A DNA stretch of 63,977 bases, the filler included, from Octopus bimaculoides (Eukaryota), in the NCBI RefSeq assembly GCF_001194135.2. It is 7 parts of 6 records of this genome, joined end to end, with 100 filler letters (N's around TTAATTAATTAA, not from the genome) between each part and the next. Parts side by side here need not be neighbours in the genome. Positions count along the whole stretch, not along the records: positions 21,523 to 39,812 come from NC_068987.1; positions 39,913 to 44,781 come from NC_069008.1; positions 44,882 to 52,736 come from NC_068991.1; 4 more parts are not named here. One strand, given 5' to 3'. Below, in pieces: positions 34,930 through 46,789 of the stretch (positions within the stretch are counted from its first letter, which is position 1; every line of letters begins with the position of its first letter). Made by a program: the position numbers and the translations under genes. The notes under the pieces were generated by a model that had not been told where the DNA came from, did no database searches, and saw only the letters and a program-made list of their open reading frames with translations.

Positions 34930-36420
34930 AGGCCTCTCATACGGCAGTGGTTCAGTACAAATGCAAACTGACCACAGCTGTTATCCTAAGACAACGTCAG
35001 CAATAACAGAGTAAGGAGAAGGAAGTGGTGCAAAGCTACATAGAAAGTGAACCTAAAAGATGGGGTTATACAAAACGGATGTTAACACTTTAAATAGAGA
35101 AGAGTATTTTTAAAGTAACTGAACAGAGCTAATGCTATTAGAAGAAAGTGGATGACATAACTGGACGTGGAAGAGATCACTAGAGAACAGGAAAAGAAAG
35201 ACTAGGCAGTAGAAAAGCCAAAGAACAACTTAAGAGATACAGTTCAAACCAAAGAAGAACCTAAAGAAAAAATATAACACCACCGATCAGGAAGGGACAA
35301 CTAGCACCATTCAAAGTTAAATGGTTGAAATCTAGGGAAGGCTGTGAATATTTAAACAGTATCATTACTTAAATACTCGGCAGCTTTTGTAGATTGGACA
35401 AAATCTGAATTAATAAATCTAGACAGAACTAGGAAGGAATTCAATATCAATAGTGGACTTCACCCAAGAAGAGGAGTAGCAATATTATACTTATCTAGAA
35501 AAGAAGGTGGAAGAGGGTTAATATCAGAAGACTTCATGGGGTTATCTAGAGTAGATATAGCCTCTTATGTAGTTAATAGTGAAGAAATCTTATTAAGAGA
35601 TGCTAGAGTTACTACAGTAGGACATAGAGAAACTAAAAAGTCAAATGAAGTTAAAAGCCAGAAACAAGAAAGATTGTCTGACTGGCAAGAGAAGGTTTTG
35701 CAGGAAATAGTAATAGTGAGACATCGTTATGGTTGCAGAAAGGAAGGCTGAAAAGGGAGACGCAAGTTTGTTAGTAGCAGCACACGACTAAGCATTGAGG
35801 ACTAATGGGATAAAAGCCGAGATAAACAAAAACCAGGTAAATTCCCAGTTTAGGTTATGTATATCAAACGAGTAAAATGTTACTCATATAGTAAGTGAAT
35901 GTAGCATGCTGACACATAAAGAATACAAGAAGAAAAGACATGACAACCAAGGGGAAGTAATCCACTGGGAATTATGTAGAAAGTTAAGATTTGACTATAC
36001 TGGAAAATGGTGTTAACATAGACCTAGTAAAATTTCTAAACAGATGTTGGGGAACTTTAACAACCAGACAAACAGAGTAACAGAAGCTAGAAGGCCTGAT
36101 TTAGTAGTGGTAGACAATGAGAATAGAAAGTGCCAGATAATTGACTTTACAGTCCCAAATGATGAAAAAGTCAATATGAGAGGTATAGAGAAAATAGCAA
36201 AGTACCATTGAGTTACAGAGACTATGAAAAGTGCGGGTAAAAGGTATCCCTGTAGTTATAAGTGCATTAGGAACTATCCCTAAAGATTTGAACTGAGGAA
36301 ATAGGCATAAAACCTAGTTTGGTACAGCTTCAGAAAACAGTATTATTAGGGACAGCTAATTTAGGAAGGTTCTTGGCATCTAAGATTACTTCTTGTAGCC
36401 CAATGCTAGGAATATTTCTT
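34930..36420 (+). mobile_element. Degraded R4/Dong-type element, thumb to RLE (fourth family)
   Basis: GLHPRRGVAILYLSRKEGGRGLIS; EYKKK-RHDNQGEVIHWELC; EARRPDLVVVDNENRKCQIIDFTVPND; PVVISALGTIPK. Confidence 0.85.
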
Positions 36421-36429
36421 TTCCAAAAG

Positions 36430-36735
36430 TTTAGTGACTTGTGTCATTTTATCGGGTGGTGATTGTGTTTCGTATGGGTTACCATAGTTGTGTCACCTGT
36501 TTGTTCTAATGCCGAATGGTGATTGTTTTCTAGAGTGTGTGGAGTGACGGTTGCGTAGGTTATAATTGGAGGTGGTTGTCAGAATGTGTGTTACACAAAT
36601 TGTGTTATGTGAGACTGTGTTGCTATATGGACTCTTGATTATGTAAGACTAGACTGTGTGGTGTTCGTTTAATCAATGGTAATTGCACAAATATATGAGT
36701 TGAGTGCAGAGAGGGTGTCATGGGAGTTGAGCTAT
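36430..36735 (-). mobile_element. Possible I/Jockey-group LINE endonuclease-linker remnant
   Basis: Weak SDxHLPII-like and TIITT-like blocks only. Confidence 0.3.
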
Positions 36736-36740
36736 TTAAT

Positions 36741-37147
36741 CTTTATCTTTTATCATTTTATCTTTTACTTGTTTCAGTCATTTGGGCGCGGCCATGCTGG
36801 AGCACCGCCTTAATACGACTTTAACGGAACAAGTCAACACCAGTATTTAATTTATAAGTATGGTATTTATTTTATTGGTTTCTTTTGCCGAACCGCTAAT
36901 TACAGGGGTGTAAACAAACCGACACTGATTGTCAAAGGGAGGTTGAGAACAAGCAGAAACAGAGAGACACTCAAACATACATATGTACGACGGGATTCCA
37001 CACAGTTTCCATCAACCAAATTTACTCACAAAATATTGATCAACTCGGGGCCGTAGTAAAAGGCACTTGTTCAAAGTGCCGCACAGTGAGACTGAACCCA
37101 AAACCACGTGATTGCGAACATCTTAACCACACAGCCATGCCAGCGCC
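36741..37147 (-). mobile_element. SINE family A
   Basis: Full length, diverged. Confidence 0.85.
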
Positions 37148-37919
37148 TAAATATTTCCCAGTTATGAACTACGGCTTTAAAATAATAAATTATAAAAACA
37201 AATTGAAAAGCCTGGGTGGAAAATCTATTCATTGCATTTCGATCTTACTTGAAGAACCTTCGTCGCACACAGCGTGTTTTGGATGTGTTTAGACCTAGGT
37301 TTGATTACAATCGATTTCTCCCTGGAAGAGACAAGCAGACAGGGAGACAAACAGAAGAATCGAGCCAATACAGAACGGGTGTTTTATTTGCCGACCCTGA
37401 ATGTTTGACTTCAGCGGTTTTTTGAACTCAGAGCGCTAGAATAAATGCCACTCCAAAGACTTGGTCTCTTAACCATCATGCTCACTCACGTCATTGCTTC
37501 ACTATATATTTAAAAAGCACGCAAAAGGGAAAGCTGTTTGGTGAAAATAGAGAACTAATGCATCTAACGGCAATAGGTCAGAAACAAGCTAAGGAAAAAT
37601 TATTAGGTTTATGAGTAAATAGAGAAAACGAGAGAAAAAAACGTTTCCCAATCAATAAATAAATAATCTGTAAAATCAGCAGCAAATTAGATTGAAGGAA
37701 AAGGTTCAGATAAGGAAAGTGATAAAAAGCGAAAAGCAGATATGAGATTATTGAGTGAAAATATGTTAATAATAATTTCTACAATTGACACAGAACCGAA
37801 TGTTTGTAGAGAAACAGAATGTTTAAACAATCGCTACTTAGTAAGATAAACACAAAGCATACTCTTACATAATCGCGAGCAAGATGAGAAGTCAAACACC
37901 TAGGGCAGAACATTTCGTC

Positions 37920-38170
37920 AGAGAAAGAAGAGTAGTGGTGGTGGTGACAGTGACGGCGGTGGCAGTTATAGTCGTGTTGGAGGCGGCAGTGACCGTTATG
38001 GCTAAGTTGGTGACGGCAGCAGTGGTGATGGTGGAGATCGTGTTGATAGTAGTGGCGCCAGCAACGGTAGTAGTGGTGGTGGTGACGGTAACGACATTGG
38101 TGGTAATTGTGATAGCGGCAATGGCAGTGATGGCGTTGAAGATCGTGGTTGTGGTAGCTGTAGTGATAGA
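37920..38170. repeat. Degenerate (GTG/GTA/GCG)n trinucleotide low-complexity tract
   Basis: Explains the Val-rich and Thr-rich ORFs on both strands. Confidence 0.8.
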
Positions 38171-38309
38171 TAAATTAGAAGAGTGCCAGCGAAAACTTTT
38201 ATTTCCCTCTGTATTTTGAAGAGGGGAATCTCCAGACACGTTTGTTAATCTTTCCATGAAATAGAGTTGGTGTGCTTGGACTTATTATTCAGTTTGTACG
38301 TTAAAATGG

Positions 38310-38452
38310 ATTCAAATTTTGGCACTAGACCAGCAGTTTGGGGGGAGGCGTAAGTTGATTAAATCGATCCCAGTGTGCAACTGGTACTTATTTTATCAAC
38401 CCCGAAAGGATGAAAGGCAAAGTCGACCTCGGTGGAATTTGAACATAGAACA
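38310..38452 (-). mobile_element. SINE family B, 5'-truncated
   Basis: Core CCCGAAAGGATGAAAGGCAAAGTCGACCTC. Confidence 0.85.
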
Positions 38453-39767
38453 AATTCCGCAAAACTTTTTGTCCGCCATAATTCGTGTGACATAACGTTA
38501 TTTAATTGTCCTATTCTGTAGTGCAGATTGTTTTGTGTATATATGTATGTACATATGTATGAATGTATGCATGTATGTGTATATGCATGTATGTGTATAT
38601 GTATGTATGCATGTATGTATGTCTCTTTATGTGTATTTATATCCTCTTTAATTATTTGTTTCTATCAAGAAACAAAACTTCATTACTGGAATTTGGACAA
38701 CAAAATTTAGGCGTATTACATGAAGCTCGTCTTGCAAATTTGCAAGTAACGCTTAATATTGGCATTTGTAAAGCTCATTTTAGCTGGTCACTATTTTTGC
38801 TTGAAAACGTTTGCCACTTACACTTTTACTAACGTGGGTGAGAGCACGAATAATTATAAAAATAAATATGTTTTAATAATCAGTGTCAAGAATCTGTAAG
38901 TCTCGAATAGACGTTCACATTGGATGGATAGCTAAACTGTAAAAAGAAGTTATTTCACTTGTTTGTCAAACAATTTAATTAATCCTATTATATGTAATGG
39001 TTGTAACGATGATCACATAGGACAAATGAAGTTTATCTTAGATTGGCAATACGTACGTGATTCTCATACCAGACAGATTTCACTAAGTGAACATTTAGAT
39101 TTACGTGCATGAAAAAATCAGCAGAATTCCTGATCTTTCTAATTTACCTTTGTCCTGAAAACCACAGATCAAATAGGCACAAATAAAAAAAAAAGATTAA
39201 TTAAAAATTACAATCCATGACCCCAGAAGAGTCAATACAAATACGCATTAGATCTCGGTCCTGTCATCTCCTACTGTGATTAAAAATCAAGAAATTAAGA
39301 AACCGGTAAACTAAATGTAAATAACACCTTTAGTGCGAAAAAAAGGAATCTATTCCCCAGTGTGAGAGAGTACATTTGCTTGTGTATGTATGTATGTATG
39401 TATGTATGTATGTATGTATGTATGTATGCATTATGTGCGCGCGCGTGTGTGTGTGTAATTTTTGTACTAATGGGTATTTGTCAATTAGTGTGCTCATGCG
39501 TTAAGTAAAGCACTAGCACGGTTTGGGCTACCTGGTGCCATCCGCAGTTAGGGCTTATTTCTGTTGGATCTACTTCAGGAATTCCACAGTGTCAGTTGCG
39601 ATAATAATCGATTAAGGAAAAAGAAGATGGATTTGGCATACGTCCCATCCATAATGGACAGTTTCAGGATGGATCGAAACGATCGTCGTACGCAATAAAT
39701 ACTTATACCAAAGCCATATTATTTTCTTTATCGATTATTATAGATATACACACACACACACACGCAC

Positions 39768-39812
<45 letters not shown>

Positions 39813-39912
39813 NNNNNNNNNNNNNNNNNNNNNNNNNNNNNNNNNNNNNNNNNNNNTTAATTAATTAANNNNNNNNNNNNNNNNNNNNNNNNNNNNNNNN
39901 NNNNNNNNNNNN

Positions 39913-40084
39913 ATATATAACATACAGAAAATTGCACTACTGGGTACTGCACACATTCTACGCAAAACACTTTCAATACAGTAAACATAAGAGCACCACA
40001 GCAAACCACAGCACATACCCAAGGCGCACAGAGCTGCGCTCGGTAGTGAAGTGAAAGCACGTTATAAAAATAAGACTACTGAAC
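39913..40084 (+). mobile_element. Young R4/Dong-type 3' end (fifth family), (AAT)n tail
   Basis: IYNIQKIALLGTAHILRKTLSIQ*; near identical to 63751-63925 (-). Confidence 0.9.
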
Positions 40085-40134
<50 letters not shown>

Positions 40135-40135
<1 letters not shown>

Positions 40136-40300
40136 GAAAACACCCAACAGGCAAAATACAACAACGTGAGGACGTGGTACATACAATGTATTAACAGACG
40201 CTCAACGAAGGAAAGAAAAGTAGTTTTACGTTTCGAGCAAAGCTCTTCTTCGGAACTGGGAGATAGAGGGAAAATATCACCAACGATCCACATGTAGTTG
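40135..40300 (-). mobile_element. Penelope-like terminal fragment with minimal hammerhead (CCGAAGA variant)
   Basis: Minus strand CCGAAGA-A-GAGC ttt GCTC-GAAA-CG-TA; downstream part homologous to 57281-57345 (+). Confidence 0.6.
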
Positions 40301-40311
40301 CATATATATAA

Positions 40312-40388
40312 GGCGCAGGCGTGGCTTTGTCGTTAGAAGTTTGCTTCCCAATTACATGGTTCCGTGTTCAGTGTCACCACGTGGCACA

Positions 40389-40392
<4 letters not shown>
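40312..40392 (+). mobile_element. SINE family A head only
   Basis: AAGGCGCAGGCGTGGCT...GGTTCCGTGTTCAGTG, running into (CA)n. Confidence 0.7.
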
Positions 40393-40443
<51 letters not shown>

Positions 40444-40951
40444 ACACACACAATATCAAGAGGGGAGTGTGTGTATTGTAAGAGAAAACATTGTGTTATT
40501 CCTATGGACGTTCAAATGGAAGCGAGAAGATGAAAAGGTGAAGGGTCAGGATGGGAGGAAGTACTGGCTGATTACAGTTAATTAAAGGGTTACTAGGTTA
40601 CTTCGCCTTCACACCTCTCACTTGAGCCATAATCTCTTCCCACCTTCTCTCTCACATGTAATTCCAGGCACAGCTGATGCTATTTTTATTGTTGCCAGTT
40701 GATTATTCACAAGTTGGTGGTTTGGTGCTGGTGTCTGTTGTATTGGTTTGCGTTATGGTGATGGTAGGGATATTGCTGGTGTTGGTGGTGGTAGTGGTCA
40801 TATTGTTCTTGTTAATTGTAATGTTGTTACTGTTTAGTGTCAAGTCAATCCTCATTGATCTGTGATCAAAATATATCATTCAATACACTAGAGCACCATA
40901 TTATCTCGTCTGATAATAATTTTATGTTAGATGATATTTTAGTTGGTGTTG

Positions 40952-41034
40952 CTAGGAGTGGCTGTGTGGTAAGTAGCTTGCCTACCAACCACATAGTTCC
41001 GGGTTTAGTCCCACTGCGTGGCATCTTGGGCAAG
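40952..41034 (+). mobile_element. SINE family A head (cut by a gap)
   Basis: GGAGTGGCTGTGTGGTAAGTAGC...TGGCATCTTGGGCAAG. Confidence 0.85.
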
Positions 41035-42051
41035 NNNNNNNNNNNNNNNNNNNNNNNNNNNNNNNNNNNNNNNNNNNNNNNNNNNNNNNNNNNNNNNNNN
41101 NNNNNNNNNNNNNNNNNNNNNNNNNNNNNNNNNNNNNNNNNNNNNNNNNNNNNNNNNNNNNNNNNNNNNNNNNNNNNNNNNNNNNNNNNNNNNNNNNNNN
41201 NNNNNNNNNNNNNNNNNNNNNNNNNNNNNNNNNNNNNNNNNNNNNNNNNNNNNNNNNNNNNNNNNNNNNNNNNNNNNNNNNNNNNNNNNNNNNNNNNNNN
41301 NNNNNNNNNNNNNNNNNNNNNNNNNNNNNNNNNNNNNNNNNNNNNNNNNNNNNNNNNNNNNNNNNNNNNNNNNNNNNNNNNNNNNNNNNNNNNNNNNNNN
41401 NNNNNNNNNNNNNNNNNNNNNNNNNNNNNNNNNNNNNNNNNNNNNNNNNNNNNNNNNNNNNNNNNNNNNNNNNNNNNNNNNNNNNNNNNNNNNNNNNNNN
41501 NNNNNNNNNNNNNNNNNNNNNNNNNNNNNNNNNNNNNNNNNNNNNNNNNNNNNNNNNNNNNNNNNNNNNNNNNNNNNNNNNNNNNNNNNNNNNNNNNNNN
41601 NNNNNNNNNNNNNNNNNNNNNNNNNNNNNNNNNNNNNNNNNNNNNNNNNNNNNNNNNNNNNNNNNNNNNNNNNNNNNNNNNNNNNNNNNNNNNNNNNNNN
41701 NNNNNNNNNNNNNNNNNNNNNNNNNNNNNNNNNNNNNNNNNNNNNNNNNNNNNNNNNNNNNNNNNNNNNNNNNNNNNNNNNNNNNNNNNNNNNNNNNNNN
41801 NNNNNNNNNNNNNNNNNNNNNNNNNNNNNNNNNNCGAATAGGATGCGTGCGGAAAGTTTGCCATTTTTTTTTGCGAGAAAATCACAAGTGAGAAGACCTC
41901 GGTGGAGAATCCAATTCTTTGCGCACCAAAGATCCGGTCAAAAGACAGAAAGGAATAAAAGAAAATAGAGATGCAATGAAAAAAAAAAAAGACAAAACAA
42001 AACAACGTGTATATTAATATTAACAAAAATCAGGAGAACAGAGATTTACAT

Positions 42052-42110
42052 ATCCAGGTTTTATTATACAGTTAATCACATCTTCCTTAACTGTATAATA
42101 AAACCTGGAT
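42052..42110. repeat. Perfect 24-bp inverted repeat with an 11-nt spacer
   Basis: ATCCAGGTTTTATTATACAGTTAA / TTAACTGTATAATAAAACCTGGAT; imperfect extension outward. Confidence 0.95.
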
Positions 42111-42519
42111 GTGTAACTCTCTTCTGATATTTATTAATTCAATCCATCATTTCTTTTCTTCTGACGACATGCGGTCTTTATAAGGACATTTGGATTTACC
42201 AAAGTGAGGGTTTGCCGAGTATAGTAAAGTCAACTAACAGGAGTTCATATACATTCACTGAGGTTAGTCAGCGTTGTTAATCGGTAAAAGCGAACACGGT
42301 ACCCGTTAGGATTATATATCGCCCTACTAATTTTGGAAATTTACCTATATAAATATATAAGTGTGTGTGTGTGTGTATGTACGTGTATGTATGTGTACAC
42401 ACTCAATCACACCCACACCCACACGATCCCACACGTACATACACACGCACGCGTACATACATACATGCACATCTAAGTATTCAGCATGAAAGATATATAT
42501 ATACATATATATATATATG

Positions 42520-42608
<89 letters not shown>

Positions 42609-42637
42609 ATATATATATATATATGCATATATGTGTA

Positions 42638-42930
42638 CAGGATGTCACAAAACGTAAACGACATAAAATACGAAGTACGAAACATGGAATACGAAGTTTT
42701 TTTATGCGAACAACGAAAGAAAAAAAATGTAAAACAAGACAAGTAACATAAAGAACGATCGTTCATCAGTTGTCGGCTGTTTTTCTACTCCACATTTTGA
42801 GCAATTCACGAGAAGATGTGCCTTCGAGAAAACAGTTGCTCCCGCGAACCAAAATAAAATTTGGGATTTGCGGAGGATCGAAGCGGGTAACGAAAACAGG
42901 ACAGTGAAACCAAAATATTGAAAACAAGCA
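42638..42930 (-). mobile_element. Unclassified repeat homologous to 22700-22965; terminal ~90 bp duplicated at 43521-43610
   Basis: By-eye alignment of shared blocks; direct repeat ...GTCACAAAACGTAAAC...GAACAACGAAAGA. Confidence 0.65.
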
Positions 42931-43050
42931 GTGAGGGATGCTGAGCCATACGATGTAAGGTGGCGAACGCTGGAGGAACAGGCTTTGACAGGAGAAAAGA
43001 TAGGAGAGGAAACAGACAAGAATGCGTCTGGTCTGTGACACGGACCGAAA

Positions 43051-43105
43051 GAAAAGAAAGATGATCAAGTGAAGAAAAGAAAGATGATCAAGTGAAGAAA
43101 AGAAA
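43051..43105. repeat. 23-bp tandem duplication GAAAAGAAAGATGATCAAGTGAA
   Basis: Two full copies plus a partial one. Confidence 0.9.
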
Positions 43106-43377
43106 AATGGCCGATGGTCACGTGTGAGCAACGAAAGAGTAAAGGAAGCAGGATGAGAGAGAGAGGGACATAGAAAACGGTGAAGGGGAGAAAAAGAAGA
43201 ATTAGAGAAATGATGAGAGAGAAAAAACGAAAGGGGGAGAAGGGGAGAAAAAATTAGAGAAAGGAAGAGAGAGAAAACGAAAGGGTGAGAGAGAAAGAGA
43301 ACAGTACAGGTTAGACTCGCATCGAAATTATTAAGATAAACTTACTTGGAAATGAATGCGTCGCGTTCGATCATATA

Positions 43378-43456
<79 letters not shown>

Positions 43457-43621
43457 TATATACATATACATATGTACATACTTACACACACACATATATA
43501 TATATATGCATATATGGGTATAGGACGTCACAAAACGTAAACAACATGAAATACGAAGTACGAAAACATGGAATACGACCCTTTTTATGTGAACAACGAA
43601 AGAAACAAATGGAAGTTAGTA

Positions 43622-43800
43622 TGGATTCGACTTTGCCTTTCATCCTTTCGAGGTCGATAAATTAAGTACCAGTGGAGTACTGATGTCGATGTGATCAATT
43701 AGTGCCCTGCCACCAAATTTAAGGCCTTGTGCCTTTAGTAGAAAGGTTTCTTATTATCATTAAGAAGGCGTGGAGCTGGCAGAAGCGTTAGCACGCAGGG
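43622..43800 (+). mobile_element. SINE B 3' part followed by the head of a second copy
   Basis: Core plus GTAGAAAGG tail, then AAGGCGTGGAGCTGGCAG. Confidence 0.8.
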
Positions 43801-43844
43801 CAGCGAAATTGTTTTCCCACGAGAGTTCCGGACCTCAGTTATGA

Positions 43845-43870
43845 ACTGATTTGCATACAGCCAATCAGAG
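43845..43870 (+). promoter_or_regulatory. Adjacent octamer (ATTTGCAT) and CCAAT box (AGCCAATCAG)
   Basis: TGATTTGCATACAGCCAATCAGAG; no associated gene found. Confidence 0.25.
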
Positions 43871-44284
43871 CTCAACTATCAAACTAATTTATGAGCGTAT
43901 AGCAGGTTATAGGCGATAAGATAAGGTCACTTGGGTAAGGAATGACCATGCATTTTTTCTCTTTTAAAAAAGCTTGTTGTTCTTGTTCTTGTTTCAACCA
44001 TGCGTAGATATTTGTGTCATTGCTTACTTTGTAAAACAGAGGGTTGCTAGCACATCACCCTCTACCCACATTTTTTCCATCCACATCTTTACCATATAAG
44101 GCCCTAACAAAATCCGATAATAGGTAAAGATGCAAATCTATCTAATTACTCGTCTTCTATAATCAGGCGTAACTTGGCGATCGGTTGACTTACGATACCG
44201 TTCTTCGTCTTAAGTTTACTCGGAAGAGTGTGTTTGTTAACTTGACAACAAGGTCAGGGTGAGCTCTCCTGTGGGAAAAAAGTT

Positions 44285-44476
44285 TTGCCGCCGGGCAAAA
44301 TGCTTAGCGATATTTTGTAGGTTCTTACGTTCTGAGTTCAAATTCTGCCGGGGTCGACTTCGCCTTTCATCCTTTCGGGATCGATAAATTAAGTACCAAG
44401 CAGAGTACTGGGGTCGATGTAATCGACCATCACCTCCCCCGAATTTCAGGCCTTGTTCCTATAGTAGAAAGGATTA
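44285..44476 (+). mobile_element. SINE family B
   Basis: Core plus the tail GTAGAAAGGATTATT. Confidence 0.85.
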
Positions 44477-45144
44477 TTAGTGGTAGTGGGATAGCAGAAA
44501 AGTTAGTGGTGGTGGTAGTGAGGCTGGCAGTGAGGTAGTGGGGTTGTGGTAATGTGGCAGTAGAGGCTGTGGTTTTGGGTTCATGTGACAGTAGTGGTGT
44601 GTGTGATGGCAACGGTGGATATGCTGGTAGTTGTGGTTGGTTTATGTGGTGATAACAGTAAGGGTGACATTTAAGTGGTGGTCCTTGTTATGGCTAGGGT
44701 TGCAGTAGTCGTATATGTAGTGATAGTAATAATGGTGGATGTGGTGACGGTGGCATGGTGGTGGTGGTGGTGGTGGTGGTGNNNNNNNNNNNNNNNNNNN
44801 NNNNNNNNNNNNNNNNNNNNNNNNNTTAATTAATTAANNNNNNNNNNNNNNNNNNNNNNNNNNNNNNNNNNNNNNNNNNNNATATATACGTATATATATT
44901 CATATGTATATATATTCATATATATACATATATATATATACATATATATACATATAGAAAATCAGGAAAGGAAGAGTTCAGTCATTTTACTACAGTTGTC
45001 AAGAAGTTAATTGTCAGTTAAATACATTTTGAAATCTGATGATTGCTACGAACGTATGAAAGCGCGAATTGAACTTTATGAACATTATAAAAAATTTCTT
45101 TAACATTGTAAAAAGATTGTTTTAAAATGTTTATTTCACTGAAA

Positions 45145-45245
45145 TAAAGTGTCATGCTCAAGGACACAACACGCTACCGAGAATCGAACTCCCAACCTTT
45201 CAATCATGTGCTGAATAGCCTAACCACTTTATCCACGCGCCTTCA
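45145..45245 (-). mobile_element. SINE family D head and core
   Basis: Reverse complement of GGCGCGTGGATAAAGTGGTTAGG...GTTCGATTCTCG...GTTGTGTCCTTGAGCATGACACTT. Confidence 0.75.
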
Positions 45246-45499
45246 TTGCTTTAAACTAAATTGCATCATGACAGACAGAAAAATGATTGGTCGACTGATG
45301 ATTGATTGTTTGACAGTTAATTGACTCACCTGTGGCAACATTCTTTCAAACTCCCGCATATCATTAAAATATTCATCCGTGAAAACAATGAGAATATTGT
45401 AGCATCCATTTTTTTTTATATGGCTGAAGTAGAAAATAATAAAGAAACAAATTTAAATTAGCTCTATCAACTGAAAAATATTTCTTTCAACGCAACACA

Positions 45500-45885
45500 A
45501 CTGTGCGGTTAAGAAGCTCAATTTGCAAAGACGTAGCTTTGGGTTCAGTCCCAGTGCATGGCACCTTGAGTAAGTGTCTTCAATTATAGCCTCCGGGCCG
45601 ACCAAAGCCTAATGAGAAAATTCGGTAGACGGAAACTGAAAGAAGCCCGTAATATATGTGCGTGCGTGTGTATGTGCGTGTGTATGTGCGTGTATGTGTG
45701 CGTGTTTGTCCTCCACCGCTTGACAACCGGTATTGGTTTGCATGCGTCCCGTGACGTAGCAGGCTGGGAATTAGAAATCGATCAAAATTTATTAGATATA
45801 AGTTCGATTTGTTAGACTAAAACTCTCCAAAGCAGTACCCCATTATGGCCGCGGTCCAATGACTGAAGTAAGTCAAGAGGAGTAA
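45500..45885 (+). mobile_element. SINE family A, diverged
   Basis: Head-core-tail recognisable. Confidence 0.82.
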
Positions 45886-45959
45886 ACAAAACAAAATAGA
45901 GTAAAGAAAAGAGGTTGGCCTTAAAGGCCAAAGTTGCTATCTTCAATTCAGTTTTCTAG

Positions 45960-46420
45960 CCTCTCCTCACCTATGTTCATAAATGTTATGTAATGACCAA
46001 AAGGGTACGATCACCAATACAAACAGTCGAAATGGTGTTCCTTCGAAGAACTTCTAGAGTGATGTTACTCAACAGGGTGCACAGACTTAGAGATCAGAGA
46101 CTATTTCCACGTTGAGCCGCTACATTTCCGCATAGAAAGGTCAACATGCGGTTAGAATGTCGCAGGAAAGAATTGTAAAACGAATTCCTCAAACCGAGTC
46201 AACTAGTAGAAGTCCTAGATGTGGACTAAGTGAAACATGATTGGATAATATCTATAACCTCAATTGGTCATACCTAAGAATCCAGCTGGAAATTGTAATG
46301 AAGGTTGCTTCGGATAGAACCATTCAGAGAGGGTACCTGAGCACCCTACTCTCATGACCCTCTCGAGAATAGTGGACATAGAAAATGATTAGATAGATGG
46401 GTAACTGGATGCTGGTGATT
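45960..46420 (+). mobile_element. RTE-clade LINE 3' remnant
   Basis: LTYVHKCYVMTKRVRSPIQTVEMVFLRR...HVEPLHFRIERS...NLNWSYLRI. Confidence 0.7.
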
Positions 46421-46674
46421 GTTTGGCTCATTCAGTGAGGGTTCGAGTAAAAGGTAAGAAGTTTAAAAAATCCCATTAAAATCGTTTATGTATTTGTTTT
46501 GCAAAATTCTTGGCCTGAAACCGTATGTTAAAATAGATATTGTTATACTTGAGGACGCCCATTTTGCCAATAAGCACACGCACTATTTATTTGATCTTCA
46601 CTTTAGCTTTATCATAGTTATTAGTTTACATTATTTACATTTGACGGATATTTGTCCTCATTTTGTTTGTTGTT

Positions 46675-46720
46675 AACACAACGTTTCGGCTGATATACCC
46701 TCCAACTTTCATCAGGTGTC
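46675..46720 (-). ncRNA. Minimal type I hammerhead ribozyme
   Basis: GACAC-CTGATGA-A-AGTTG gagggtatat CAGCC-GAAA-CG-TT-GTGTT; stem I has 5 bp; the G10.1 position is A in this copy. Confidence 0.75.
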
Positions 46721-46789
46721 TTGAGGAATTTTTCGAACCTGGGTTCTCATTCATAAGGTATTTTTCGATGTTATCATTATTATTATTCA

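Noticed and set aside
37884-38257. Mucin-like Thr-rich or Val-rich membrane ORFs
   Set aside because: Degenerate GTG/GTA trinucleotide tract, open on both strands; no splice or start context.
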